A DNA stretch of 13,384 bases from Oligoflexales bacterium (GTDB lineage: Bacteria; Bdellovibrionota_B; Oligoflexia; Oligoflexales; CAIYRB01), in the NCBI GenBank assembly GCA_041736175.1, contig JBGSUI010000086.1, forward strand, positions 1-13,384, given 5' to 3'. Of the stretch, positions 1 to 7,793 are shown piece after piece; position 1 is the first letter of the stretch; every line of letters begins with the position of its first letter. Under the pieces are notes generated by a model. It did no database searches and was not told where the DNA came from. It saw nothing but the letters and a program-made list of their open reading frames with translations. The translations under genes and the position numbers were made by a program.

Positions 1-142
1 CTAGGGCTTGACATGATTCCACTGAAGTTTCGTAGAAATGTGATTTATTCGGCGTCAAAGAAGCCAGCTCATCTACCATTTTTTTGACTGAAATGCTTAC
101 ATGATTGCGTTTTAGTTCTTCTTTGAGTTTTGGTCGTCCCAT
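1..142 (-). CDS. 5' part of a small putative DNA-binding (ribbon-helix-helix-like) protein, running off the window edge
   Basis: Hand translation from ATG at 142 gives MGRPKLKEELKRNHVSISVKKMVDELASLTPNKSHFYETSVESCQAL, open to position 1. GGGAG lies 4 nt upstream. The GRPK start, alternating VSISV strand and following helix resemble RHH proteins (inference). Confidence 0.45.
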   Translation of the reverse strand, partial: MGRPKLKEELKRNHVSISVKKMVDELASLTPNKSHFYETSVESCQAL

Positions 143-295
143 ACAACTCCCGATTGGGCCTTAGCTTTCGCACTCTAATATTTGCTTAAGATTCTGATGG
201 ACTATGATTTTAGCGAGAACAAGCAAAATAAAATCACCTTCACCCGCTTCCTTGGCGTTTCAGATTGATGCAATCATACTCATAAAGTGGTTGGC

Positions 296-1495
296 CTAAG
301 TCGAGCCAAGGTCTTTTTGTGACGGGAGCTCAGGGATCGCTCGCTTCATAAATGCATCGAAGAGTGGGACTGTAAACTCAGTGTCGCCATGGGATGGACT
401 ATAAATCATCCCCTTCTTGATGAGTCGGTCGCGGATCGGCCCCAGCTTTTGCGATTTACTGCCGAGAACTTCCGCCACATCCCCCGAACGTTGAACACCA
501 GCACCAAGTTCAGCCAAGGCTCGTAGATAGTTCTTTTCTTGAGGCGTTAGCCGATCAAAACGAACGCGGAAAAAAGCCTCGTCTAGGCGCCGAATAACTG
601 CGGATGTGGCGAGGTCGACGGATGCTCTATCGATAACTTTGTCGGGAGCGATCTTCCACGAGTGATAGCCCCACTCCTGTATGAAATATGGATATCCCTC
701 AGTGAGGGTTGCGATCTTTGCTACCGCTTCTCTGGTGATAACGGCGCCAGCATGAATCACCGGATCCGCCAATGCGTGCTCGATATCGACAGAAGCCAGA
801 GGGCCGACGCGAGGGAAATTGAAAAGTCGTTCCGCATAGCTTTTTGAATCGCCTGCTAAGCCTGGAATTTGAGGTAGACCAGCACCAATCAGGATCAAAG
901 GGGCATTGGTTTTAGCGACACGCTGCATGGCCATGATCAGAGCAGAAAATTCCCGATCAGACAAATATTGCATCTCGTCGATGAGCATTGCCACTCCAGT
1001 ACCACGCGCGCGCGCGGCCTCAGCCAAAGCACTCAAGGCATCGGGAAGATCAATTTCGATGTCGCCGGAATCAGCGACACCAGGCTCTGAATCAACGGAG
1101 ATTTCGGCACCGGCGTATGAAATTTTAAATCCATTGAAGAGACTTTTCGCCACCCGCAATCCACGTTTTACAATCTCGTTAGCGGTTGCAACACGATCGA
1201 GATTGAGGAGGATCCTTCGTATGTCGCTCGCTAAGAGTGCCGGAAGTTCCTTGCCTTCATGGCACTCAACAGCGATTGTACTATAGCCCGCCTCCTTAGC
1301 TTTCTCTTCTAGATAGGCCAGTAATACCGTCTTGCCGACACCCCGTAGCCCGACCATGATCATGCTTTTCTCAAAGCGCCCAAGCAGCGTACGACCCATC
1401 AAAAGTTTAGCCTGTTCAATGAGTTCTTGTCGTCCGGCTAGTTCATAAGGGCGGGAGCCAGCGCCAGGAGTGAATGGGTTTAGGAGTTGGTCCAT
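296..1495 (-). CDS. AAA-type ATP-binding protein (AAA_16/STAND-like NTPase) with C-terminal winged helix
   Basis: N-terminal NPFTPGAG..P..LAGR motif, Walker A GLRGVGKT, Walker B MLIDEMQ, GYPYFIQ motif, and a wHTH-like C-terminus (SGDVAEVLG...IRDRLIKKGMIY). Start moved to ATG 1495 (MDQLLNPF), which matches the usual family N-terminus. Confidence 0.85.
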   Translation of the reverse strand: MDQLLNPFTPGAGSRPYELAGRQELIEQAKLLMGRTLLGRFEKSMIMVGLRGVGKTVLLAYLEEKAKEAGYSTIAVECHEGKELPALLASDIRRILLNLDRVATANEIVKRGLRVAKSLFNGFKISYAGAEISVDSEPGVADSGDIEIDLPDALSALAEAARARGTGVAMLIDEMQYLSDREFSALIMAMQRVAKTNAPLILIGAGLPQIPGLAGDSKSYAERLFNFPRVGPLASVDIEHALADPVIHAGAVITREAVAKIATLTEGYPYFIQEWGYHSWKIAPDKVIDRASVDLATSAVIRRLDEAFFRVRFDRLTPQEKNYLRALAELGAGVQRSGDVAEVLGSKSQKLGPIRDRLIKKGMIYSPSHGDTEFTVPLFDAFMKRAIPELPSQKDLGST

Positions 1496-1793
1496 ATTTA
1501 TAAGAACCTTTACATAGTTTAACAAAATATACACCTAACTTGATAAATTAGGTTAAAGTCAGTATATATCCAGCAACTCACTATTTCAATTGAAAAAAGC
1601 CTATAGGGCAATCAATGGCCTTTTTTGTGAAGGAGTGGCTAGTGGATAGCTTGGACTTCATCCAAAAGAATCGGCAACTTTTGCACTTCGTCAATAACAC
1701 GCAAAAGCGTAGGGCTTGGTTTCAAGTGTTACCTCTCTCCGGATCGAAGGTACGGCCGCAATTCATTGCCAATTTGCAAAGCTAATGTCATGA

Positions 1794-1815
1794 TCACCTC
1801 ATGATCATGAGGTGA
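1794..1815. promoter_or_regulatory. Perfect 22-bp palindrome, probable TA autoregulatory operator
   Basis: TCACCTCATGATCATGAGGTGA is its own reverse complement. It overlaps the RBS/start of the antitoxin. TCATGATCA also occurs as a direct repeat at 1788 and 1799. Confidence 0.6.
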
Positions 1816-2099
1816 CCTTGAAAACAAAACCACTATCAGCCAATGTCTCCAAGCTAAAGCTTCATCTAGGCAAATATCTCGCGATGGTTCGTCGCGGAAA
1901 GGCCATTATCGTACTAGATCGGTCAACTCCGGTAGCCAGGTTGGTCCCTTACTCAGACGATGCTTTCGACACTCTTGCCGTCGTTCCTGCGTCCCTAGAT
2001 CCATCGGGATTAGCCTGCCTTGTCTTCCCGTCCGTTGAAGCTAGCTCCACCGATAGCACTTCCAACCTGCTCGAAGAACGAAAAGAGCGAACCCAATGA
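1812..2099 (+). CDS. Phd/YefM-family type II antitoxin
   Basis: ANVSKLKLHLGKYLAMVRRGKAIIVLDRSTPVARLVP matches the Phd/YefM N-terminal pattern. The C-terminus LLEERKER is typical of antitoxins paired with PIN toxins. ATGA overlap with the next gene. Start (GTG 1812 or TTG 1818) is uncertain. Confidence 0.8.
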   Translation: MTLKTKPLSANVSKLKLHLGKYLAMVRRGKAIIVLDRSTPVARLVPYSDDAFDTLAVVPASLDPSGLACLVFPSVEASSTDSTSNLLEERKERTQ

Positions 2100-2323
2100 T
2101 CGCATTCATCGATCCCTCGGCGATGCTACGGGTACTCTTTGGTGAACCAGGACAGGTTTCTGAATGAAAATCGATAAAAAAAGCAATTATCAGCGATCTG
2201 CTCCAGGTCGAGTGCCGGCGAACTACCGATCGGATGCGGCTATCGTCGAAATTGAGTGACAGTGAAGAGCACTTGGCTTTGATGTTCTCGGGTGCTGAGA
2301 AGGATGGGCTGAAACCCAACTAA
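2096..2323 (+). pseudogene. vapC: Disrupted PIN-domain (VapC-like) toxin
   Basis: ATG 2096 overlaps the antitoxin stop. It reads MIAFIDPSAMLRVLFGEPGQVSE*KSIKKAIISDLLQVECRRTTDRMRLSSKLSDSE..., with a PIN-type first strand/Asp and a later conserved Glu. There is an in-frame TGA at 2165-2167 and the frame ends after 75 codons, about half a PIN domain. Confidence 0.7.
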
Positions 2324-2381
2324 AACCCCCTACTTTAAATTGACTGGTACAGAAACTGGAACCACCGCTCCAGAGACGAAT

Positions 2382-2717
2382 TTAAAAGCCCTCAAATTCA
2401 CCTTTTCGTACCGCTTCGACAGCTGCTGCGACCCGGTCAGGGTCTCGCTTTTGAAAAGCCCTATGGCTCATGGAATCTTTTTCACCCGACCTGGCAAACT
2501 TTTGCTTGGATGAAACAAGGTCGGCAGCCCTCGCTTGTGCTGGTGTGGCACCACCGACGCTTGCTGGCGCCATCTTAATAATGCGCTGAAAACAGGAGGG
2601 ATCTCCGTGGCATTGAGAACATTGGGAATCCAGGTCCCAGGTCGACAGCTCTTGGAGGGATATGCGCGCAGTGCCCTCAAATCCGCACTGTGAACATCGA
2701 ATATCATACATTGGCAT
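2382..2717 (-). CDS. FmdB-family zinc-ribbon protein
   Basis: MPMYDIRCSQCG...CSQCHG...RII matches the FmdB MPxYxYxCxxCG...CxxCG pattern. GGAGG at 2728-2732 supports ATG 2717 (111 aa) rather than the ORF-track start at 2834. Confidence 0.75.
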   Translation of the reverse strand: MPMYDIRCSQCGFEGTARISLQELSTWDLDSQCSQCHGDPSCFQRIIKMAPASVGGATPAQARAADLVSSKQKFARSGEKDSMSHRAFQKRDPDRVAAAVEAVRKGEFEGF

Positions 2718-2856
2718 GGTGATATAGCCTCCATCTCTAACCGTTAGGCCCAGCATAGCACAGATAGAGGCATTCGCTCTTTCCTTTGTAGCCAACAGCA
2801 AGTAACCTGCCCTAAGGTGTCTCGGAATACACAACTTTTCACGAATAGGTGATCAT

Positions 2857-2991
2857 ATGGGTGACAAAAGTCCAAAAAGCAAGGCCAAAGACCAGAAAAA
2901 AAAGGCTAATGACAAAACAAAAGCAGATCAGAAAGCCCAAGCCAATCGGGATGCCAAAAGTGCCGCAAATCCCAAAGGCAAGGGCAAGTAA
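2857..2991 (+). CDS. Small basic Lys-rich protein (44 aa), not in ORF track
   Basis: MGDKSPKSKAKDQKKKANDKTKADQKAQANRDAKSAANPKGKGK. AGGTGA RBS just upstream of ATG 2857. It fits the gap between the FmdB gene and the convergent lipoprotein stop at 2998. Confidence 0.7.
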   Translation: MGDKSPKSKAKDQKKKANDKTKADQKAQANRDAKSAANPKGKGK

Positions 2992-2997
2992 ATCCAA

Positions 2998-4182
2998 TTA
3001 GGATTTTTTGACATCATCTTTTTTAGAGACTTCATTGACCTTAGCATCTTCTTCGGCAAACTCACAGCCATCGAGATTGAGGTCGTAGGTTTTGCCATCA
3101 GAAAACTCCACGGTCGGCTCCGATCCCGTAAAGGTGATCGTGTAGCTGACCGATGGTGTGGTCGCGTCTTTTGCGTAGATAGCACCGGTGATTTTGCCAG
3201 AGGTGGCATCGCATTTTTTGGCTTTTTCATAGAGGACATTGTCAAACTTTGTCTCGACCCGAGTCCCATCTTTAGCGACTCCAATAACAGTGCCGGATTT
3301 TACAGTGCGGGAGACTAAGGCTGATGTATTAGAGTCCCGGACCAGGGTAATCACCAGTGGTGCCCCTTCACCGGTTTTTATGGTGCTTTCCCAAGCTTTA
3401 GACTCACCTTTTTTGTTGGTGGCTGACAGCTTACGCTCCATAGAGCTGGAAACTTGTTTTTCGATGGTGAGTTTACCCTGATCGTTGGTGACGTTGGTCC
3501 ATTTGATATTCCGCGTCCCTTGGCTCGACCGAGAGGACTTTCGGGCGATGGTCTCTTCGCCTTTTTTTGTGGTTTTGGTGAGGGACTGTTCGTCCGATTT
3601 TTCGCTTTTGAGCGCGACGGCCAATTCGTAACCTTTAAGATCAGCTCCGGCTAAATTGACTCGTTTTTTGCTGGCATCACACTTTACGGCCGTTCCTTCT
3701 TTGGACCAGGTACGGGTTCTTTCCATAAGATAACTTAATTTTGAGTAGCCTTTGAATTTGACCCTTTCAAATTCATTTTCGTGATTAAAGCTATGTTTAA
3801 GGGTCACCACAGCTTTGTTCCCCTCTTCGACGCAGTCGCGAAATCGGTTTACTTCGCTTTTTTTATTGGTTTCTTTCCCTAAAAGAGCAAAGCTCGCCGA
3901 CGTGCTGGAATCAAGATCTTCCATGGCCGAAGAGATCGCATCGTCCACCTGGGCCGTAATGGAATCTCCGATCACTTCTTCGTCTTGTTGGACGAGAGGC
4001 GCGTCGATCGACCCCGTCCCCGTGCTAGAAGTTTCTTTATCTTTATCCTTCTCTGTGGCTGCTGGGTCTTTAGCAGCCACTCCATCCCTAGCTGTTCCAT
4101 CCTGGGTTCCACAAGAAGGCAAGACAAAGAGAGCTAAACCAAAAGGCACGATTAACAGGTTTTTTTTGAAATTCGTTTTCAT
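2998..4182 (-). CDS. Hypothetical lipoprotein (394 aa)
   Basis: Basic N-region, hydrophobic stretch and lipobox LPS-C24, then a low-complexity linker and a beta-strand-rich Lys/Thr/Ser body with several Cys. AGGAG RBS upstream. Confidence 0.85.
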   Translation of the reverse strand: MKTNFKKNLLIVPFGLALFVLPSCGTQDGTARDGVAAKDPAATEKDKDKETSSTGTGSIDAPLVQQDEEVIGDSITAQVDDAISSAMEDLDSSTSASFALLGKETNKKSEVNRFRDCVEEGNKAVVTLKHSFNHENEFERVKFKGYSKLSYLMERTRTWSKEGTAVKCDASKKRVNLAGADLKGYELAVALKSEKSDEQSLTKTTKKGEETIARKSSRSSQGTRNIKWTNVTNDQGKLTIEKQVSSSMERKLSATNKKGESKAWESTIKTGEGAPLVITLVRDSNTSALVSRTVKSGTVIGVAKDGTRVETKFDNVLYEKAKKCDATSGKITGAIYAKDATTPSVSYTITFTGSEPTVEFSDGKTYDLNLDGCEFAEEDAKVNEVSKKDDVKKS

Positions 4183-4276
4183 AAAATAACTCCTAAGCGA
4201 TTTGTTTATTAAACCCTAAAAATAGATCCGGTTTATTAATTGGATTGCGTCTTAAAAAACGCCGCCAACAATAAGC

Positions 4277-4304
4277 TTATCGGCATCTTAGGTTTGCACT
4301 TGAG
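4277..4304 (-). promoter_or_regulatory. Sigma28 (FliA)-type promoter for the 4182 lipoprotein
   Basis: Minus strand reads CTCAA-GTGCAAACCTAAGAT(15 nt)-GCCGATAA, versus the consensus TAAA-N15-GCCGATAA. The -10 box is perfect and the spacing is correct. Confidence 0.7.
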
Positions 4305-4369
4305 ATAAATCTAATTAGTTATTTATTTTTAATAGGTTATAAATTCCATTTTCATCGAAAACCAACATT

Positions 4370-4395
4370 TTTTGCACCCGAAGGAGGGTGCAAAA
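4370..4395. promoter_or_regulatory. 10-bp inverted repeat between divergent promoters, candidate operator
   Basis: TTTTGCACCC-gaagga-GGGTGCAAAA. The GC stem is followed by A runs rather than T runs on both strands, so it is not terminator-like. Confidence 0.5.
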
Positions 4396-4502
4396 CTCCG
4401 CCAACTTTAGTCCTTCGATGAGCCAGAAATGGTAGACAAAAGGAGAGGTATTATTTTAGATTCCAGATTTATTTAAACAAAACATAACGTTATACCACAT
4501 TC

Positions 4503-4531
4503 CTTAAGCAAAACCGTAAGTTTACCGATAA
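4503..4531 (+). promoter_or_regulatory. Sigma28-type promoter for the TIGR02147 operon
   Basis: CTTAAG-CAAAACCGTAAGTTT(15 nt)-ACCGATAA, with a 7/8 match to the -10 consensus GCCGATAA. Confidence 0.55.
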
Positions 4532-4620
4532 AGGGAGAGGTGCAAAAACAGCGCACCTTTTAGGACCAGCTTTAGAAGGCTCAGATCCTATCCTTAACCA
4601 CCTGAGAGGACTCGTTTTAC

Positions 4621-5532
4621 TTGGTATCGAATAAAGACATAGCAGAGAGACAGCCCACCCACCCTAAGCACTTTGCAAAAGAGGTCGGAGTGACCGGCTT
4701 TTTAACACCACAAGAATACCTGGGCGAGCTTTACCAAGTGGTTAAATCTAAAAAAAGTCACTACTCCTATTTAGATTTCTCTGAGGACTTAGGATTTTCT
4801 CGGACTAACGTCCTGAGGCTGATGATTGCTGGGCAGCGGCCCCTTTCAATCAAAAGTGGAATTCGCATGGCCCAATCTTTAGAACTCACCGGGGTTGATC
4901 GACGCTATTTTATGATCCTTATTAAATACAGTCTTTGCCGGGTCGCCTCCGAACGGGACGAGCACTTTAGAGAGCTGGTTTCTCTTAAGACCAAAAAAAG
5001 CCCAAAAGACCTCAATCCTAACCAGGCTGAGTACTTTAGCGAGTGGTATCACCCCGTCATCCGCGAGATGACAAGCCTTAAGGATTTTAATGGAGATCCC
5101 CATTGGATCCAAGAACGGCTCAATTTTGGCCTGCGTCTAGACCTTATCAAACGCAGTCTCGATCTACTAACCACCTTAGGATATATCGAGTATGTCCCTG
5201 ATAATCAAACCTGGCGGCGCTCGGACCAAAAAATCAAAACCGACGAAGAAGTGGATAGCCTTGCCTTGATTCGATATCATCAAAAGATGATGGAGATCGC
5301 CAAAGAGTCCTTGACGGTCATCGACGAAGACCAGCGGGATATCCGCGCAGCGACCTTAAGTGTTCCTGCGGCGATTTTGCCAGTGCTTAAAGCGAAGGTC
5401 GCTGCGTGGATAAACGAAATGTCGGATCTGGAAAAACCCGCAGAGACCTCTGATCTAGTGGTTCAAATAAATGTTCAGATGTTTGCTTTTACCAAGACAT
5501 CCTCAGGCAGGTCGGGAGGTGACAAGACATGA
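4621..5532 (+). CDS. TIGR02147 family protein (N-terminal HTH-like region + DUF4423)
   Basis: YSYLDFSEDLGFS..NVLRLMIAGQRPLS (HTH-like), YFSEWYHPVIRE, YHQKMMEIAKESL...QRDIRAATL and VVQINVQMF match this paralogous family. The true start may be GTG 4690, which has GAGG upstream. Confidence 0.85.
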   Translation: MVSNKDIAERQPTHPKHFAKEVGVTGFLTPQEYLGELYQVVKSKKSHYSYLDFSEDLGFSRTNVLRLMIAGQRPLSIKSGIRMAQSLELTGVDRRYFMILIKYSLCRVASERDEHFRELVSLKTKKSPKDLNPNQAEYFSEWYHPVIREMTSLKDFNGDPHWIQERLNFGLRLDLIKRSLDLLTTLGYIEYVPDNQTWRRSDQKIKTDEEVDSLALIRYHQKMMEIAKESLTVIDEDQRDIRAATLSVPAAILPVLKAKVAAWINEMSDLEKPAETSDLVVQINVQMFAFTKTSSGRSGGDKT

Positions 5533-6704
5533 TCTATTCCACGGATTTTTTCTCTCGACTTAAGATCACGGCTGCCCTTGCTGTCGCGGTTCAGCTACTG
5601 TCAGGATGCGGAACGGTGGTAGGCAATCCTAAAAAACCCACCAACCCGCCTCCTTCCCAAGGGGTCTCTCCTGACGACATCCTAGACCCTCTAGATCCCG
5701 CAACCCAAACGGCGATCTCTACGATGAAACTGCCTACGATCAGCTTTGAGCTGGGCGACTTGACAAGTGACGACCAAGGGGCAGCCTTTGCCCTGCGAGA
5801 CCGCCCGGAGCAGTTTGACCAAAACGAAGACTTTAAGTCCGATGATACCATCATGAATCAATGGAGCCTCCGTCTCGAAAAAATCATCGACAATATGAAC
5901 AACGTCACAGCCGCGGTCAACCGATCTCTTGAGTCTGAAGACACCGAAGCTACCGAGAAAAAGGTCAAAATCAAACGTAAAGGCGTCGAGAGTAGGCTCT
6001 CGGCTACGATCGACAAAATAGAAGACAAGGACGGCACTCGATTTGAAGCTGCCGTCTGTTTAGGGGGGCGTCTTGCTGGATTTTTGACCTGGAATGCTGA
6101 TCAATCAAAAATCATCTATACCCGAGACCTTGCCTCAAAAGCCAAAATGGCCGACGACGATCTCCCCTTGATGAGCCAGCTTTCTATTGAAAAAACCGAC
6201 CAGGGAGTCAAATACCTCCTTAAGACCAGCGGTTCATGGAGTAGCCACCAGCCAGCCAATGCTGATGGGCCTTTGTTTGTGGACTCGACGGAAAGTCTCC
6301 GCATGGGTGACGGAAAAATCGAGCTTAAATATGTGGCTGACTACTTTACGGCTTTTCCTAATGATCAAAAGTTTGAAGGGGACAGCTATCTCGTCGGACG
6401 CATCCATCCCACAAACCAAAAGGCAAAATCGGGCAAAAACAAGTCCCAAAAAGAATTTGTCGCTTATTTTAAAGGCCTAAGCCAAGGCACCTGTCGCAAT
6501 GGTTTCGATGAAAGCTCTCCGACTCTCTGGCAGCCCAAAGCTAACGAACCTCGGTTTTGTTTAGGACGGCCTCTGGCAAGCAATCGATTTAAAACCACCT
6601 TAGCCTTTTATGAGACCCTCTCATCACTTAAATCCATCGGAGTCCCTAGTCGTCAGAGCTTAGCTGTTCCTGCTTTTAAAGCGGGTTTGTCTTGTGACGA
6701 ATAG
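5529..6704 (+). CDS. Hypothetical lipoprotein with GTVVGNP motif, translationally coupled to TIGR02147 gene
   Basis: ATGA overlap at 5529-5532, GGGAGG RBS, lipobox LSG-C27 followed by GTVVGNP and a Pro-rich linker. Confidence 0.85.
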   Translation: MIYSTDFFSRLKITAALAVAVQLLSGCGTVVGNPKKPTNPPPSQGVSPDDILDPLDPATQTAISTMKLPTISFELGDLTSDDQGAAFALRDRPEQFDQNEDFKSDDTIMNQWSLRLEKIIDNMNNVTAAVNRSLESEDTEATEKKVKIKRKGVESRLSATIDKIEDKDGTRFEAAVCLGGRLAGFLTWNADQSKIIYTRDLASKAKMADDDLPLMSQLSIEKTDQGVKYLLKTSGSWSSHQPANADGPLFVDSTESLRMGDGKIELKYVADYFTAFPNDQKFEGDSYLVGRIHPTNQKAKSGKNKSQKEFVAYFKGLSQGTCRNGFDESSPTLWQPKANEPRFCLGRPLASNRFKTTLAFYETLSSLKSIGVPSRQSLAVPAFKAGLSCDE

Positions 6705-6753
6705 CCAGTCTTTCCTCAAGGAAAAGCTCGATTCAAAGGCGTAAAAATTCTGA

Positions 6754-7632
6754 TCATTGACAAATTGATGCGTTGTATATTCTATCGATCACAAACAAAT
6801 ATCTTTTTGGCAACATAACATGTTTTTTGTTGATCATAAAGATTGGATCAAAAACTTGTTTTGGCAATTCTATTATTTGAATCTCATCCTGCTTCGGAAA
6901 AGCGGCTACAGCATGTTCTGGTAAAACAGTAAAACCAAGGCCACAAGCCACTGGATCTAAAATCCGATTGATCTGGTTGACGAATCCCCTGACAGGAAAA
7001 TCATGGACAGACCTATATTGTTTGGGAAAGTTTTCAGAAAGGAGTCTTGAGGCATGGAGGTACCCATCTGGGTGAGCAATAAAACCGCAATTCACAATAT
7101 CATCGTAGGTGGCTATTTTGACTTTTTTGGGTGCCACAAGCAGTAATTTTTCGTTGGAGATTTTCTTTTTGTTAATGCCGGGATCGTCGATGTCGACTGA
7201 GATATAAGCCAGTGGGTACTTTTCAGCGAGAACACCTTGAACAATGCTTTGATTGGGAGCGACTGTAAAATAAAAATTCAAAAGTGGATATTTTTTATTT
7301 AACTCTAGTAACGTGGAGTAGAGTTTTATACCAAAACTCCCGGGACTAGCGATCATACAGGCTCCTTTGGTTGGTTCGTCGAGGCTGATTTCCTCCCTAA
7401 GCTTTTCATGCTCAGCAAACAACTTCCTGCAGTACACCAGCAATTTATCTCCGGCTTCGGTAACTCGAAAAAACTTTCCTTTGCGTTCGATCAGGACAAT
7501 TCCGTAGTAATCTTCCAAATGTTTGAGGTGCTGGGTGACCCCTGGCTGTGTCATATTGAGTTTTTTGGCTGTAGCGGTAAAACTTTTGGTCTCTGTAAGA
7601 TTTATAAAGGTCTTTAAATATTGGGTATTCAT
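6754..7632 (-). CDS. LysR-family transcriptional regulator
   Basis: SFTATAKKLNMTQPGVTQHLKHLEDYYGIVLIER...VTEAG is the LysR HTH signature. 292 aa, and divergent from the neighbouring gene. Confidence 0.95.
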   Translation of the reverse strand: MNTQYLKTFINLTETKSFTATAKKLNMTQPGVTQHLKHLEDYYGIVLIERKGKFFRVTEAGDKLLVYCRKLFAEHEKLREEISLDEPTKGACMIASPGSFGIKLYSTLLELNKKYPLLNFYFTVAPNQSIVQGVLAEKYPLAYISVDIDDPGINKKKISNEKLLLVAPKKVKIATYDDIVNCGFIAHPDGYLHASRLLSENFPKQYRSVHDFPVRGFVNQINRILDPVACGLGFTVLPEHAVAAFPKQDEIQIIELPKQVFDPIFMINKKHVMLPKRYLFVIDRIYNASICQ

Positions 7633-7637
7633 GCTAT

Positions 7638-7674
7638 ATAATATCCTTTTATGAAAACTATAATTTTAAATCAT
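7638..7674. promoter_or_regulatory. LysR binding sites (T-N11-A boxes)
   Basis: ATAA-N7-TTAT at 7638-7652 and a weaker ATAA-N7-TCAT at 7660-7674, 22 bp apart. This is the usual recognition/activation site layout of LysR divergons. Confidence 0.6.
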
Positions 7675-7793
7675 TTTATTTTATAATTTAGAACGATTAT
7701 AAATTTTAAGCAATAGCTTTGATTTAAAGCAATTGTGTTGCTTGGCAAGCTTCGAGGAAGTCTGACCCAGCTTAAGAATTAAAGGAAATAGTT

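Noticed and set aside
1668..1694. Sigma28-like promoter upstream of the ATPase (TTGA-N15-GCCGATTC, minus strand)
   Set aside because: Both boxes deviate from consensus, so it is too weak to call.
2165..2167. TGA in the PIN gene as stop-codon reassignment (Trp) or selenocysteine
   Set aside because: TGA ends several intact genes here (2099, 5532, 9152), other genes use TGG for Trp, and the PIN frame is truncated anyway.
2041..2319. 92-aa minus-strand ORF
   Set aside because: It is the antisense shadow of the antitoxin end and PIN pseudogene, with no motif.
4370..4395. Inverted repeat as an intrinsic terminator
   Set aside because: It has no 3' U-tract on either strand and lies between divergent promoters.
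4532..4690. Riboswitch (e.g. c-di-GMP-I) in the TIGR02147 leader
   Set aside because: Only a short hairpin is visible and conserved aptamer motifs could not be matched by eye. An Infernal/Rfam scan would settle it.
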